Both the position numbers and the translations under genes were made by a program. The notes under the pieces are model-generated. The model searched no databases and was not told the origin of the DNA. It worked only from the letters and a program-made list of their open reading frames with translations. A stretch of DNA of 63,522 bases, the filler included, from Thermodesulfobacteriota bacterium (lineage in GTDB: Bacteria > DASVDK01): the NCBI GenBank assembly GCA_036381125.1. It is 4 parts of 4 records of this genome, joined end to end, with 100 filler letters (N's around TTAATTAATTAA, not from the genome) between each part and the next. Parts side by side here need not be neighbours in the genome. Positions count along the whole stretch, not along the records: positions 1 to 29,398 come from DASVDK010000224.1; 3 more parts are not named here. One strand, given 5' to 3'. This document shows, in pieces, positions 1-9,594 of this stretch; the first letter of the stretch is position 1; each line of letters begins with the position of its first letter.

Positions 1-2
1 TC

Positions 3-866
3 ACCAACATCCAGTCGGCCGACGGCGTCGTGTGCGCGGTCGGCACGGCGATGGCGTACCCGGAGGTGCGCAAGATCGCCCACATCCACCCGGACTACTC
101 GTACGGGCGCAACGCCTTCGACCACTTCACGATCGCCATCAACAAGCTCCTGCCCGGCACGACGGTCGTGTCCGAAGGGTGGCCGAAGCTCGGGACGACC
201 GACTTCACCTCGCACATCACGAAGGCCATGTCGGCCAAGCCGGACCTCCTCGTCACGTCGGTCTGGGGAGGCGACTACGTCGCCATGTACAAGCAGGCCC
301 TGGGCTACGGCCTCTTCAAGAGGATGAAGTTCACGAGCACGATCGCGATGGCGGTCGCGCCGCACGCGATCGGCAAGGACCACCCCGAGGGGGTCATCGG
401 CGGCGTCCACGCGAACTACCACTTCACCTATCCCGCCGGCAACAGGTGGCCGCTGAACACCCAGTTCGTGAAGGCGTACCACGCCAGGTGGAAGGAGTAC
501 CCGAACTTCCAGGCGGAAGGCGCCTACACCGGCATGCACATGCTCCGGATGGCCATCGAGCGGGCCAACCGGCTCACCGGCGGGTGGCCCGACGACGACG
601 CGATCATCAGCCAGCTCGAGAACCTCTCCACGGCCGGGCCGGCCGGGTACATCTACTTCCGGCCGGACAACCACCAGGCCTACAAGGACGCCATCACCGG
701 CTTCGTGAAGAACGTGCCCGAGTACCCCTTCCCGATCCTCGACCCGGACCGGATGATCACCGTGCCGATCCGGAACATCACGGCGCCGCCGGGGTGGCCC
801 AAGGGGGAGCCGACCTCGACGTACACCTGGATCGACCAGACCTGGCCGAAGGCCTCGTCGACCTAG
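3..866 (+). CDS. Branched-chain amino acid (HAAT) ABC substrate-binding protein, 5'-truncated
   Basis: LivJ/K-like motifs (PDYSYGR, WPKLGTTDFTSHI, EGAY); frame open to the window edge; precedes a livHMGF-like set. Confidence 0.85.
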   Translation, partial: TNIQSADGVVCAVGTAMAYPEVRKIAHIHPDYSYGRNAFDHFTIAINKLLPGTTVVSEGWPKLGTTDFTSHITKAMSAKPDLLVTSVWGGDYVAMYKQALGYGLFKRMKFTSTIAMAVAPHAIGKDHPEGVIGGVHANYHFTYPAGNRWPLNTQFVKAYHARWKEYPNFQAEGAYTGMHMLRMAIERANRLTGGWPDDDAIISQLENLSTAGPAGYIYFRPDNHQAYKDAITGFVKNVPEYPFPILDPDRMITVPIRNITAPPGWPKGEPTSTYTWIDQTWPKASST

Positions 867-886
867 GTGTGCCGGGGAGCGCGGCC

Positions 887-2965
887 ATGGCTCGCGCGAC
901 GATCCTCCGTGCCGCGCTCCTGCTCGTCTACTCGGCGGCGGCCTTCCCGGCCGTCGCCGGGCACGAGTCGCCCTTCTATCCGTCCTTCTACCCGCAGGAG
1001 ATCCGCGTCGAGACCGTGGCCCCGGAGGCGGCCGCGGCGGCGCTCCGCAAGGGGAGCCTTCACGCCTACGTCGGGGCCGACCCCTTCGGCGGCGGCTCGC
1101 TGCCGGCCGAGGTGCGCGCGGTCGAGTCGCTCGAGGGCTTCCTCGTCGCGATCCCGGGGCCGTCGGCGCGCACGCCCGAGGCGCGCTGCGCCGCCGCCGC
1201 CCGCGCGGCGGCGGGCGTGAGCGGGCCGGGCCGCCATCCGCACCCCTACGCCGTCACGCCGTACCACGCCGACTACCTCGTCCACGCGGACCTCGCCGCG
1301 GCGGCCGCGGCGGCCGTGCGGCGCGCGCCGGCCGCGGCGCCGGCCGATGCCAGGGTCGAGGTGGTTCGGCTCGACGACCTCGTGGCGGAGGATCGCGCCG
1401 CCGCCGCGGGCTTCCCGGGGCCGCCCTGGCTCAAGGCCGGCTGGTTCCACGCCTACCGCCTCCAGGCGGACGCGCTCGCCGACCCGGCGGCACGCCGCCG
1501 CGTCGACGAGATGGCCGCCCGGCTCATGGCCGGCGAGCCGCGGGACGCCGCGGAGCGCGCCACGCTCGAGCGGTCGCTCGTCACGGCGCTCGCGGCCGGC
1601 TGCGAGCGGGCCGTCGTCGGGTACGTCACGCGCCGCGAGCCCTACGGCGCGGAGTACAGCGAGGGGATCGAGAACGTCGCCTTCGACTCGCAGAGCGGCC
1701 TCGGGTCGGCCGTGTTCCTCCGCACCGCCAAGCTCAAGGACTTCCCCTGGAACGGCTGGCTGAGGCTCGGCGTCTCGACTCCCCCCGCCGCCGCCTGGAA
1801 CCCGGTGGGGGGCTTCACCGACCCGGCCGGCCGGCTGATCTGGGCGGCGGTCGGCGACCCGGCCCTCATCCCCGACCCCTACGGCGGCGGGTGGTCGCCG
1901 AACCGCGTGGTCGTCGAGGCGTGGCAGGCGGACCCGGGACCCGTGCCGGCCGGTGCGGCCGTCGGCGAGCCGGGGACGCCGGCCGTCGCACGCGTCCGCT
2001 ATCGCGCGCTCGCGTCGCTCTTCCACGACGGCAGCCGCATGACGCAGGCCGACCTCATCGCCCCCTACCTCTACGCCGCGCGCTGGGGCGTGGCGCCGCT
2101 CGCCCGGGACCGGCTCGCGGGGCTCGACGTCGCGCGCGTCGACCGCAAGACGGTCCAGCTCGCGCCCGACATGGCGCTCGCCTACGACGTGTTCGTCGTC
2201 GACGTCTACCTGCGCCGCCTCGCGGGCGGGCGCGACGAGAGCGCCGCCGTCGCGCCCCCCTGGAGCAGCGTCCCGTGGCACGTCCTCGCCCTGATGGACG
2301 AGGCGGTGGCCCGCGGCCTCGGGACGCTCTCCGGCATCGACCTCGTGCGGGACCAGCGGGTGAAGCAGGTCCTTGCGGGGCTCGTCGATCGCTTCGCGGC
2401 CGAGGGCCACGTCCCGGAGCCGCTCCGGGGTCGCGTCACCGCCGACGAGGCGCGGGCGCGCTGGGCCGCCCTTCGCCGGTTCTTCCGGCAGCACGGACAC
2501 CTCCTCGCGGCCAACGGCCCCTACCTGCTCGATCGGTGGACCGCCGACTCGGCCGTCCTCCAGGTGTTCCGAGACCTCAGCTACCCGCTCGGCGTCGGGA
2601 CGTTCGATCGCTTCGCCCTGCCGCGCCGCGCCTTCGTGTCCGGCGTCGAGGCGAAGGGGGACCGGCTCGAGGTGTCGGCCGAGGTCGAGCGGGTCTTCCG
2701 CTACCAGCGGACCTACGAGCTGATCCGCGAGCCGTTCGGGTCGGCCGCCTCGGCCGACCAGATCACGAAGGACACCCTCGTCGCCCGGTACGTTGCGCTC
2801 GGTGCCGAGGGCCGCGTCCTTGCCGTCGGCGAGGCCGCCGAGCCCGAGGGCAACCGCTTCGGCATCGACCTCGGCGGGCTGCCGGCACGCGCGGTCGCCG
2901 TCGCGCTGGTCCTCAACGGCAACACGATGGACCCGGACGTCCGGGTGGTGCCATGGACACGCTGA
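887..2965 (+). CDS. Secreted protein with SBP family-5 (peptide/nickel ABC)-like segments
   Basis: ATG at 887 after GGGGAG; signal peptide; WNPVGGFTD, FHDGSRMTQADL and ANGPYLLDRW resemble family-5 SBPs. Confidence 0.6.
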   Translation: MARATILRAALLLVYSAAAFPAVAGHESPFYPSFYPQEIRVETVAPEAAAAALRKGSLHAYVGADPFGGGSLPAEVRAVESLEGFLVAIPGPSARTPEARCAAAARAAAGVSGPGRHPHPYAVTPYHADYLVHADLAAAAAAAVRRAPAAAPADARVEVVRLDDLVAEDRAAAAGFPGPPWLKAGWFHAYRLQADALADPAARRRVDEMAARLMAGEPRDAAERATLERSLVTALAAGCERAVVGYVTRREPYGAEYSEGIENVAFDSQSGLGSAVFLRTAKLKDFPWNGWLRLGVSTPPAAAWNPVGGFTDPAGRLIWAAVGDPALIPDPYGGGWSPNRVVVEAWQADPGPVPAGAAVGEPGTPAVARVRYRALASLFHDGSRMTQADLIAPYLYAARWGVAPLARDRLAGLDVARVDRKTVQLAPDMALAYDVFVVDVYLRRLAGGRDESAAVAPPWSSVPWHVLALMDEAVARGLGTLSGIDLVRDQRVKQVLAGLVDRFAAEGHVPEPLRGRVTADEARARWAALRRFFRQHGHLLAANGPYLLDRWTADSAVLQVFRDLSYPLGVGTFDRFALPRRAFVSGVEAKGDRLEVSAEVERVFRYQRTYELIREPFGSAASADQITKDTLVARYVALGAEGRVLAVGEAAEPEGNRFGIDLGGLPARAVAVALVLNGNTMDPDVRVVPWTR

Positions 2966-3828
2966 TCATCAACGTGCTGAACGCGCTGCTGTACGCGTCG
3001 ATCCTGTTCCTGATCGCGGGGGGCCTGTCCCTCATCTACGGCGTCATGCGGATCGTGAACCTCGCGCACGGCGGCCTGTACGCGATCGGCGCGTACGTGG
3101 CGGCCTGGTCGGTCGGCCTCCTCGCCGCCCAGGTGCCGGTGGGGGTGCTCTTCCTGGTCCTGCCGGTCGGCGCGGTCGCCGCGGGGCTGGCCGGCGCGCT
3201 GATCGAGCCGACGCTCCTGAAGCCCCTCTACCGCCGGGCCGAGGAGTACCAGCTCCTCATCACCTTCGGCCTCTTCCTGGTCCTCGAGGACGCGATCCGG
3301 TTCCTCTGGGGGGCGCAGCCGCTCTCGGCCACCACGCTCTGGGCGGCGCTGGGGAGCCTCGAGTTCCTCGGCGCGATCTACCCGGTCTACAACCTGCTCG
3401 TCATCGTCGTCGGCATCGTCACCGCCATGCTCGTCTGGGCGTTCGTCTACCGGACGCGGTTCGGCGTCGTGCTGCGGGCGACCTCCCAGGACCGGAAGAT
3501 GGCGGCGGCGCTGGGGGTGGACGTGAAGCGCGTCTACCTGCAGGCCTTCACGATCGGCTGCTTCATGGCCGGGCTCGGCGGCGCGGTGATCGTGCCGAGC
3601 CAGGCGGCGGTGCTGGGGATGGGGGTGGACGCCCTGGTGCTGTCGTTCGTGGTGGTCGTCATCGGGGGGCTCGGGAGCCTGGAAGGGGCGCTCGTGGGGG
3701 CGCTCATCGTGGCCTTCGTCCGGGAGGCGGGGATCAACTGGTTCCCCGAGATCGAGCTGGCCATCCTCTACCTCATCGCCGCCGCCGTGCTGCTCGTCCG
3801 GCCCGCCGGCCTCTTCGGCCGGGCATGA
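2953..3828 (+). CDS. livH: Branched-chain ABC permease (LivH-like)
   Basis: GLSLIYGVMRIVNLAHG; VVVIGGLGS; RPAGLFG. Confidence 0.9.
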   Translation: MDTLIINVLNALLYASILFLIAGGLSLIYGVMRIVNLAHGGLYAIGAYVAAWSVGLLAAQVPVGVLFLVLPVGAVAAGLAGALIEPTLLKPLYRRAEEYQLLITFGLFLVLEDAIRFLWGAQPLSATTLWAALGSLEFLGAIYPVYNLLVIVVGIVTAMLVWAFVYRTRFGVVLRATSQDRKMAAALGVDVKRVYLQAFTIGCFMAGLGGAVIVPSQAAVLGMGVDALVLSFVVVVIGGLGSLEGALVGALIVAFVREAGINWFPEIELAILYLIAAAVLLVRPAGLFGRA

Positions 3829-4772
3829 GGCCGATCGTCGTCGGCGCCGTCCTCGCGGCGCTGCTCCTCGCCCTGCCCTACGTGGCCGCGCCCTACCAGG
3901 CCATCCTCATGGCGTACGGCCTCGTCATGGCGATCGCCGCCATCGGCTTCAACCTGCTCCTCGGGTACTCGGGGCTGCTCTCCTTCGGCCACGCCGCCTT
4001 CTTCGGCGTCGGCGCCTACGCCGTGGCGATGATGTACAAGTACTGGGGGACGACGTCGATGGAGGCCGCCCTCGCCGGCGGCCTCCTCGCCTCGGCCGTC
4101 GTCGCGGCGGTGTTCGGCGTGGTCTGCGTGCGCTACACGCGGATCTTCTTCTCGATCCTCGCCCTGGCCCTCTCGCAGGTGCTCTGGAGCCTCGCCTTCA
4201 AGTTCTTCTGGGTCACCGGCGGCACCGACGGCCTGCGGGTGCCGACCCCGATCCTACTCGGCGGTCTCCTCGGGAGGCCGGAGGACAAGATCGGCTACCT
4301 GTCGCACCGGTACTACTACTACGTCCTCGCGATCTTCGTCGCGGCGACGGCGCTCATGTGGGTGATCGTCCACTCCCCGTTCGGCAAGGCGCTGCAGGCG
4401 ACGCGCGACAACGAGACGCGGGCCGAGTTCGTCGGCATCCAGGTGCGCCGCTACCGCTGGCGCGCGTTCCTGATCTCGGGGGCCTTCACGGGGCTGGCCG
4501 GGGCGCTCTGGGCGCCGCTGAACGGGCTCGTCACGCCCGACATCCTCTACTGGCCCTTCTCGGGCGAGATCGTCTTCCTGGCCGTGCTCGGCGGCTTCCG
4601 GACGTTCTGGGGGCCGATCGTCGGGGCGATCGTGTTCAACTACCTCAAGACCTACGCCATCGGGTACACGGTCTACTGGCAGTTCCTCCTCGGCGCGGTG
4701 CTGATCGCGCTGGTCCTCGCCCTGCCCGACGGCATCGTGGGGACCCTCAAGAAGCTGGGGAAGCCGCGATGA
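3825..4772 (+). CDS. livM: Branched-chain ABC permease (LivM-like)
   Basis: NLLLGYSGLLSFGHAAFFGVGAY; TGGTDG; SPFGKALQATRDNE; ATGA overlap. Confidence 0.9.
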   Translation: MRPIVVGAVLAALLLALPYVAAPYQAILMAYGLVMAIAAIGFNLLLGYSGLLSFGHAAFFGVGAYAVAMMYKYWGTTSMEAALAGGLLASAVVAAVFGVVCVRYTRIFFSILALALSQVLWSLAFKFFWVTGGTDGLRVPTPILLGGLLGRPEDKIGYLSHRYYYYVLAIFVAATALMWVIVHSPFGKALQATRDNETRAEFVGIQVRRYRWRAFLISGAFTGLAGALWAPLNGLVTPDILYWPFSGEIVFLAVLGGFRTFWGPIVGAIVFNYLKTYAIGYTVYWQFLLGAVLIALVLALPDGIVGTLKKLGKPR

Positions 4773-5530
4773 GGCTTCTCGAGGCGACGGGCCTGACGAA
4801 GCGGTTCGGCGAGCTGATCGCGGTGCGGGGCGTCGACTTCGTCGTCGGCGAGGGGGAGGTGCTGGCCCTCATCGGCTCGAACGGCGCCGGCAAGACGAGC
4901 CTCGTCAACCTCGTGAGCGGCCTCCTGCCGCCCGATGCCGGCCGCATCGCGTTCGACGGCGTCGACGTGACGCACACGTCGGTGCACGAGCGGATCGACC
5001 TCGGCATCGCCCGCAGCTTCCAGCTCGTGAACCTCTTCGACGCCCTGACCGTCCTCGACAACGTCGAGCTGCCGATCTTCGCCCGCGAGAAGCGAACCCG
5101 CCGGCTCCTCGCCCTGGCCGACCGGGACCTCGACGTGCGCGAGGAGGCCATGCAGGTCCTCGGCCACTTCGGCCTCGAGACCAGGGCGTACGCCACGGCC
5201 GGCGGGCTCTCGCACGGCGAGCGGAAGCTCCTGGACGTGGCGGTCGCCTACGCGCTGGCCCCCCGGCTCCTCTTCCTCGACGAGCCGACCTCCGGCGTCA
5301 GCACCCGCGAGAAGGCGCCCATCATGGACCGCATCACCGCCGTCGTCCGGTCGGAGCGGATCTCGGCCGTGATCATCGAGCACGACATGGACGTCGTCTT
5401 CCGCTACGCCGATCGCATCGTGGTCATGCACGAGGGCACGGTGCTCGCCGACGGTCCCCCCGCCGAGATCCGCGAGCATCCGCAGGTCAACGCCGTCCTC
5501 CTGGGGAAGTCGGTCCATGCTCGCGGTTAG
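4769..5530 (+). CDS. livG: Branched-chain ABC ATPase (LivG-like)
   Basis: Walker A GSNGAGKT; LFLDEPTSG; IEHDMD. Confidence 0.9.
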   Translation: MRLLEATGLTKRFGELIAVRGVDFVVGEGEVLALIGSNGAGKTSLVNLVSGLLPPDAGRIAFDGVDVTHTSVHERIDLGIARSFQLVNLFDALTVLDNVELPIFAREKRTRRLLALADRDLDVREEAMQVLGHFGLETRAYATAGGLSHGERKLLDVAVAYALAPRLLFLDEPTSGVSTREKAPIMDRITAVVRSERISAVIIEHDMDVVFRYADRIVVMHEGTVLADGPPAEIREHPQVNAVLLGKSVHARG

Positions 5531-6236
5531 GGGGATCGACACGCACCGCGGGCCGGTCCACGTGCTGCGCGGCCTCAGCCTCGAGGTGCGGCGCGGCGAG
5601 GCGGTCTGCCTCGTCGGCCGCAACGGCGCCGGCAAGACGACCGCCATCGAGAGCATCATGGGCTTCCTCCCCGTCCGCTCCGGCAGCGTCGTCCTCGGCG
5701 ATCGCGACATCACGCGGCTCGCCCCGCACGAGCGGGCTCGGCTCGGCGTCGGCTACGCGCCCGAAGGGGCCGGCGTGTTTCCCGACCTGACGGTCGCGGA
5801 GAACCTCGACATCAGCCTCTGGCTCGCGGCCGGTCACGCGGGTGCGGGGAGCGCCGCGCCGGCCGCCATGCTGGAAGACCGAATCTTCGCCGTCTTCCCC
5901 GAGGTGCGCCGCCTCCTCGACCGCCGCGGCACGCACCTGTCGGGCGGCGAGAAGAAGATGGTGGCCATCGCCCGCGCCATGGCGCTCGATCCCCGCGTCC
6001 TCCTCCTCGACGAGGCGTTCGAGGGGCTCGCGCCGGTGGTCGTCGACCGCTTCATCGACGCGGTAGCCCGGATCAAGGCCATGGGGATCTCGCTCCTCCT
6101 CGCCGAGTCCAACGTCGTGACGGCCACCAGGGTGGCCGACCGGCTCTACGCCATCGAGCGAGGGGAGATCATCTACGCGGGCGACCCGGCCGCGGTGTTC
6201 GACCAGGCCGAGGTCATGCGGACGATCCGGGGGTGA
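5517..6236 (+). CDS. livF: Branched-chain ABC ATPase (LivF-like)
   Basis: GRNGAGKTT; LSGGEKKM; LLLDEAFEGLAP. Confidence 0.9.
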   Translation: MLAVRGIDTHRGPVHVLRGLSLEVRRGEAVCLVGRNGAGKTTAIESIMGFLPVRSGSVVLGDRDITRLAPHERARLGVGYAPEGAGVFPDLTVAENLDISLWLAAGHAGAGSAAPAAMLEDRIFAVFPEVRRLLDRRGTHLSGGEKKMVAIARAMALDPRVLLLDEAFEGLAPVVVDRFIDAVARIKAMGISLLLAESNVVTATRVADRLYAIERGEIIYAGDPAAVFDQAEVMRTIRG

Positions 6237-6790
6237 CGCGGATGCCGGAAGGCGCACTCGAGACCTTCGTGAAGGCGGTCGGCGCGGCCGTCCGATCGGG
6301 GCGCGGCGGGGCCGCGCTCGTGGCCGAGGTGGAGTCGAACATGCGGGCGCTCGTGCGGGAGCGGACGTGGCTCGAGGCGCGCTACCGCCGCCCCATCCCG
6401 GGACGGCCCTACGCGCAGTACCTTCTCCACCTGCCCGAGGACGGCGCCTTCTCGGTCGCGTCGTTCGTCTGGAGCCCCGGGGAAGGCTCCCCGGTGCACG
6501 ACCACGGGACGTGGGGGGTGATCGGGCAGTACGAGGGCGAGGAGGAGGAGACGAGGTACGACCGCGCGACGCTGCGCGAGGCGGGGCGGGTCGTCTTCCG
6601 CCCGGGCGACGTCTCCCACGTTCTGCCGCCCGACCGCGAGGTGCACCGCATCCGCAACCTCGGCTCGGCCCCGGCGGTGTCGGTGCACGTCTACGGCGGC
6701 GACATCGGCCGCCAGCCGCGGCACACCTTCGATCCCGCGACCGGCGCGGCCCGCCCCTTCGTGTCCGGGTACGACGCGCCCCAGGCGTAA
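6233..6790 (+). CDS. Cysteine dioxygenase family cupin, 3-mercaptopropionate dioxygenase-like
   Basis: YAQYLLH..FSVASFVWSPGEGSPVHDHGTWG..HRI..SVHVYG: three-His facial triad, Gln-type. Confidence 0.8.
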   Translation: MTRMPEGALETFVKAVGAAVRSGRGGAALVAEVESNMRALVRERTWLEARYRRPIPGRPYAQYLLHLPEDGAFSVASFVWSPGEGSPVHDHGTWGVIGQYEGEEEETRYDRATLREAGRVVFRPGDVSHVLPPDREVHRIRNLGSAPAVSVHVYGGDIGRQPRHTFDPATGAARPFVSGYDAPQA

Positions 6791-6821
6791 AAAAACGGGG
6801 AGGCCCCGAGGGGGCTCCCCG
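6789..6821. terminator. GC hairpin preceded by an A7 tract (intrinsic terminator, U-tract on the minus strand)
   Basis: AAAAAAACGGGGAGGCCCCGAGGGGGCTCCCCG overlapping the stop codon. Confidence 0.6.
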
Positions 6822-6975
6822 ATCAGCCCGGGGTCGGCGCCTGACGAGCCCCGGGTCGTACCCAGCAACTGTATACGATCTGTCCCCGCCGGCGCAAGGC
6901 GTCGCGCCGCAGCGCGTGACAGCGGCCCTCGGGCTCCGCTAGAGTGATCGTCAGGATCGATGCGAGGAGCCGTGA

Positions 6976-7503
6976 ATGGCCACCAAGGTGAGCGATCTGA
7001 GACCTCGCGCGACGGCCCGGCCGCCCGCGGGGCACGAGTACCGGCTGTTCGACAACCTGATCTTCAAGGTGCACCGCCTCGCCAGCTCGTACTTCAAGAG
7101 CGCCTCGCGCTACTACCAACGCCATTTCGACATGGGCATCCCGGAGGTGAGGCTCCTCAACGTCGTCGGCCACTACGAGCCGCTCGGCTCCTGCGACGTC
7201 GTCGAGCACTCCTCCATGGACAAGGCGATGGTGAGCCGCGCCCTCGCCACCCTCATCCGACGCGGCCTCATCAGGCGCGCCAAGGACCCCTCGGACAGCC
7301 GGCGCATCGTCCTCACGTTGACCGAGAGCGGGCGGGCCGTCTGGAAGCGCATCCTCGTCGCCAAGCGCGCGCGCCACGCGCGTTCCATCGCCTGCCTGAG
7401 CGCCGAGGAGACCAGCCAGGTCTACGAGCTGCTCGACCGTCTGTACGACGCGGCCGAGGCCATGCGGCAGGAGGAGCTGCGCGCGGCGGACGACGCGCCG
7501 TAG
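6976..7503 (+). CDS. MarR family transcriptional regulator
   Basis: MDKAMVSRALATLIRRGLIRR..DPSDSRRIVLTLTESG winged helix. Confidence 0.9.
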   Translation: MATKVSDLRPRATARPPAGHEYRLFDNLIFKVHRLASSYFKSASRYYQRHFDMGIPEVRLLNVVGHYEPLGSCDVVEHSSMDKAMVSRALATLIRRGLIRRAKDPSDSRRIVLTLTESGRAVWKRILVAKRARHARSIACLSAEETSQVYELLDRLYDAAEAMRQEELRAADDAP

Positions 7504-7523
7504 GGGGCGGGCGCTTGCCCTCG

Positions 7524-7554
7524 GGTTACACGGGTGTCCCGTAACCGTGTAACC
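7524..7554. terminator. Inverted repeat between convergent genes
   Basis: GGTTACACGG-N11-CCGTGTAACC perfect 10-bp arms. Confidence 0.45.
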
Positions 7555-7663
7555 TCGACGCATCACGCCGGGGCACCTCCGAGCCTTCGTGCCCGCCGGC
7601 GGAGGCGGAGATGCCCGTTGTCCGCATCGACGCGGCCGATCCCCACCGAAGCGGGCGAGGCCG

Positions 7664-8776
7664 TCATGCCAGGCGGTACTTGCGGATCAGGTCCCAGTCG
7701 AGCTCGAGGCCGAAGCCGGGGCCCTGCGGCACCTCGAGGATGCCGTCCTTCACCGGCGCGCGGTTGACGATCAGCCGGTCCCAGATGGGGTCGCGGTCCG
7801 GATCGGGGAAGCACTCCACGTAGGTGCCGTGCGGGACCGCGGCGAGCATGTGCGCCGCGATCTGGGGCTCCTCGTGATGCGCCATCTGCACCCCCGCCAG
7901 GGCGCAGGCGGCCGCGGCGCGGCGCCATTCGGTGATCCCGCCGGCCTCCGACGCGTCGAAGTTCACGAGGTCCACGGCCCCCGCGTCGAGGAGCCGGCGC
8001 ACGCCGGCCGCCGTCACCTCGCTCTGGCCGGCGTTGATGGGGATCCGCGTCCGCCTGCGAACCTCCGCCATGCCGCGCGCGTCGTCGTGCCAGTGGACCG
8101 GCTCCTCGAACCAGCGGATGTCGAGGTCCTCGACGAGCGAGGCGAAGCGGATGGCGTCGCGCACGCTCCACCCGCGGTTGGCGTCCACGGCGATGATGAA
8201 GTCCTTCCCGCCCCCCTCGCGGGCGGCCTTGACCCGCTTCGCGTCATCCTCCGGGGAGAGCCCGCCCACCTTCACCTTGCAGCCGGCCATCCCGACGCTG
8301 CGCAGCCACTCCATCTCCTTCGCGAGGTCGGCGATCGTCTTCCCCTGCTGGTAGTAGCCGCCGATGGCGATGACGGGCAGCCGGTCCCGGTAGCCGCCGA
8401 GGAGCCGGCAGACGCTCGTGCCCGACGCCTTGCCCATGAGGTCCCAGAGGGCGGTGTCGACGCAGGCGATCGCCTCCATCACCAGCTTCCGGTCGCGAGC
8501 CGGGATGGAGCGCGTGAACATCCGCTCCCAGAGCCGCTCGTAGGCCCAGACCTCCTCGCCCTTCACGAGCGGCTGGAGTTCCTCCTCCACGATCCTCGCG
8601 ACCTCGCGGCCGTGGGCGCGGTTGTCGCCGTTGTAGACCTCGCTGACGAGGCCGTTCGACGTGTGGATGCGGGTGATCACCGTGTTGCGCGTGGTGACGT
8701 GGTAGCCGCTGCCCGAGAAGGCGCGGGCGAGCGGGATCTCGATCGGAATCGCTTCGACGCGTTCGATACGCATCAT
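7664..8776 (-). CDS. Mandelate racemase/muconate lactonizing enzyme (enolase superfamily)
   Basis: DTALWDLMGK; KVKVGG; VDANRGW; WFEEP; start MMRIERVEAIP overlaps the upstream permease stop. Confidence 0.9.
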   Translation of the reverse strand: MMRIERVEAIPIEIPLARAFSGSGYHVTTRNTVITRIHTSNGLVSEVYNGDNRAHGREVARIVEEELQPLVKGEEVWAYERLWERMFTRSIPARDRKLVMEAIACVDTALWDLMGKASGTSVCRLLGGYRDRLPVIAIGGYYQQGKTIADLAKEMEWLRSVGMAGCKVKVGGLSPEDDAKRVKAAREGGGKDFIIAVDANRGWSVRDAIRFASLVEDLDIRWFEEPVHWHDDARGMAEVRRRTRIPINAGQSEVTAAGVRRLLDAGAVDLVNFDASEAGGITEWRRAAAACALAGVQMAHHEEPQIAAHMLAAVPHGTYVECFPDPDRDPIWDRLIVNRAPVKDGILEVPQGPGFGLELDWDLIRKYRLA

Positions 8777-9594
8777 TCCCCCTTGGTGCCCCCGGCCGCG
8801 AGCCCGGTGACGAGGTGCCGCTGCACGAGGAGATAGAAGAGCGTCCCCGGCAGCGTGATGAGGACGGCGCCGGCGAGGAGCATGCCCCACGAGTAGATGT
8901 TGTCCTGGCCGATCCAGGTGGCGAGCCCGACCGAGAGGACCTTCTTGCGCTCGGAGGAGGTGAAGACGAGCGCGAAGAGGAACTCGTTCCAGGCGTGGTT
9001 GAAGCTGAAGACCCCCACCGACACGAGCCCGGGGAGGGCGAGCGGCAGCGTCACGCGGCAGAGCGCCTGTATGCGCGTGCAGCCGTCGATCATGGCGCTC
9101 TCCTCGAGGGAAGGGGGGATCGCCTTGAAGTACGACTGCATGAACCAGAGGGTGAGCGGGAGCGTGAAGGCCGTGTTCGCCACGATCAGCGCGAAGAGCG
9201 TGTTGGCCAGGCCGAGCTTCACCAGGTAGACGTAGAGCGGGATGACGAGCAGCACCTCCGGCAGCATGTAGCAGAGGAGGCTCACCTGCGCGAAGCTCCG
9301 CAGGCCCCGGAACCGGAAGCGCGAGAGGCTGTAGGCGCCGATCGACCCGATGGCGAGCGCGAGCAGCGTCGCCCCGCCCGCCACGATCAGGCTGTTCGCG
9401 AAGTAGACGAGGAAGCTCGTCTGCTCGATCAGCTCGCGGTAGTTGGCGAAGGTCCAGTCCGACGGCCAGAAGGTCGGCGGGTAGGCGTACAGCTCCTGCC
9501 GCGTCTTGAAGGAGCCGACGACCATCCAGAACAGCGGGAAGCCGACGACGGTCACGGCGAGCGACACGAGGGCGTAGAGGCCGACGCGCCTCAT
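8773..9594 (-). CDS. Carbohydrate ABC permease (MalG-like)
   Basis: EAA motif IPPSLEESAMIDGC; AWNEFLFAL. Confidence 0.9.
   Translation of the reverse strand: MRRVGLYALVSLAVTVVGFPLFWMVVGSFKTRQELYAYPPTFWPSDWTFANYRELIEQTSFLVYFANSLIVAGGATLLALAIGSIGAYSLSRFRFRGLRSFAQVSLLCYMLPEVLLVIPLYVYLVKLGLANTLFALIVANTAFTLPLTLWFMQSYFKAIPPSLEESAMIDGCTRIQALCRVTLPLALPGLVSVGVFSFNHAWNEFLFALVFTSSERKKVLSVGLATWIGQDNIYSWGMLLAGAVLITLPGTLFYLLVQRHLVTGLAAGGTKGE

Noticed and set aside
32-886. Long N-terminal extensions in the ORF track (also 39808-41715, 46631-48778, 58809-60410, 11036-11881)
   Set aside because: They overlap real genes in other frames; the true starts have an RBS or stop/start overlaps downstream
6841-6848. 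CTGACGAG as a hammerhead ribozyme or riboswitch core
   Set aside because: No matching GAAA element or three-stem junction was found
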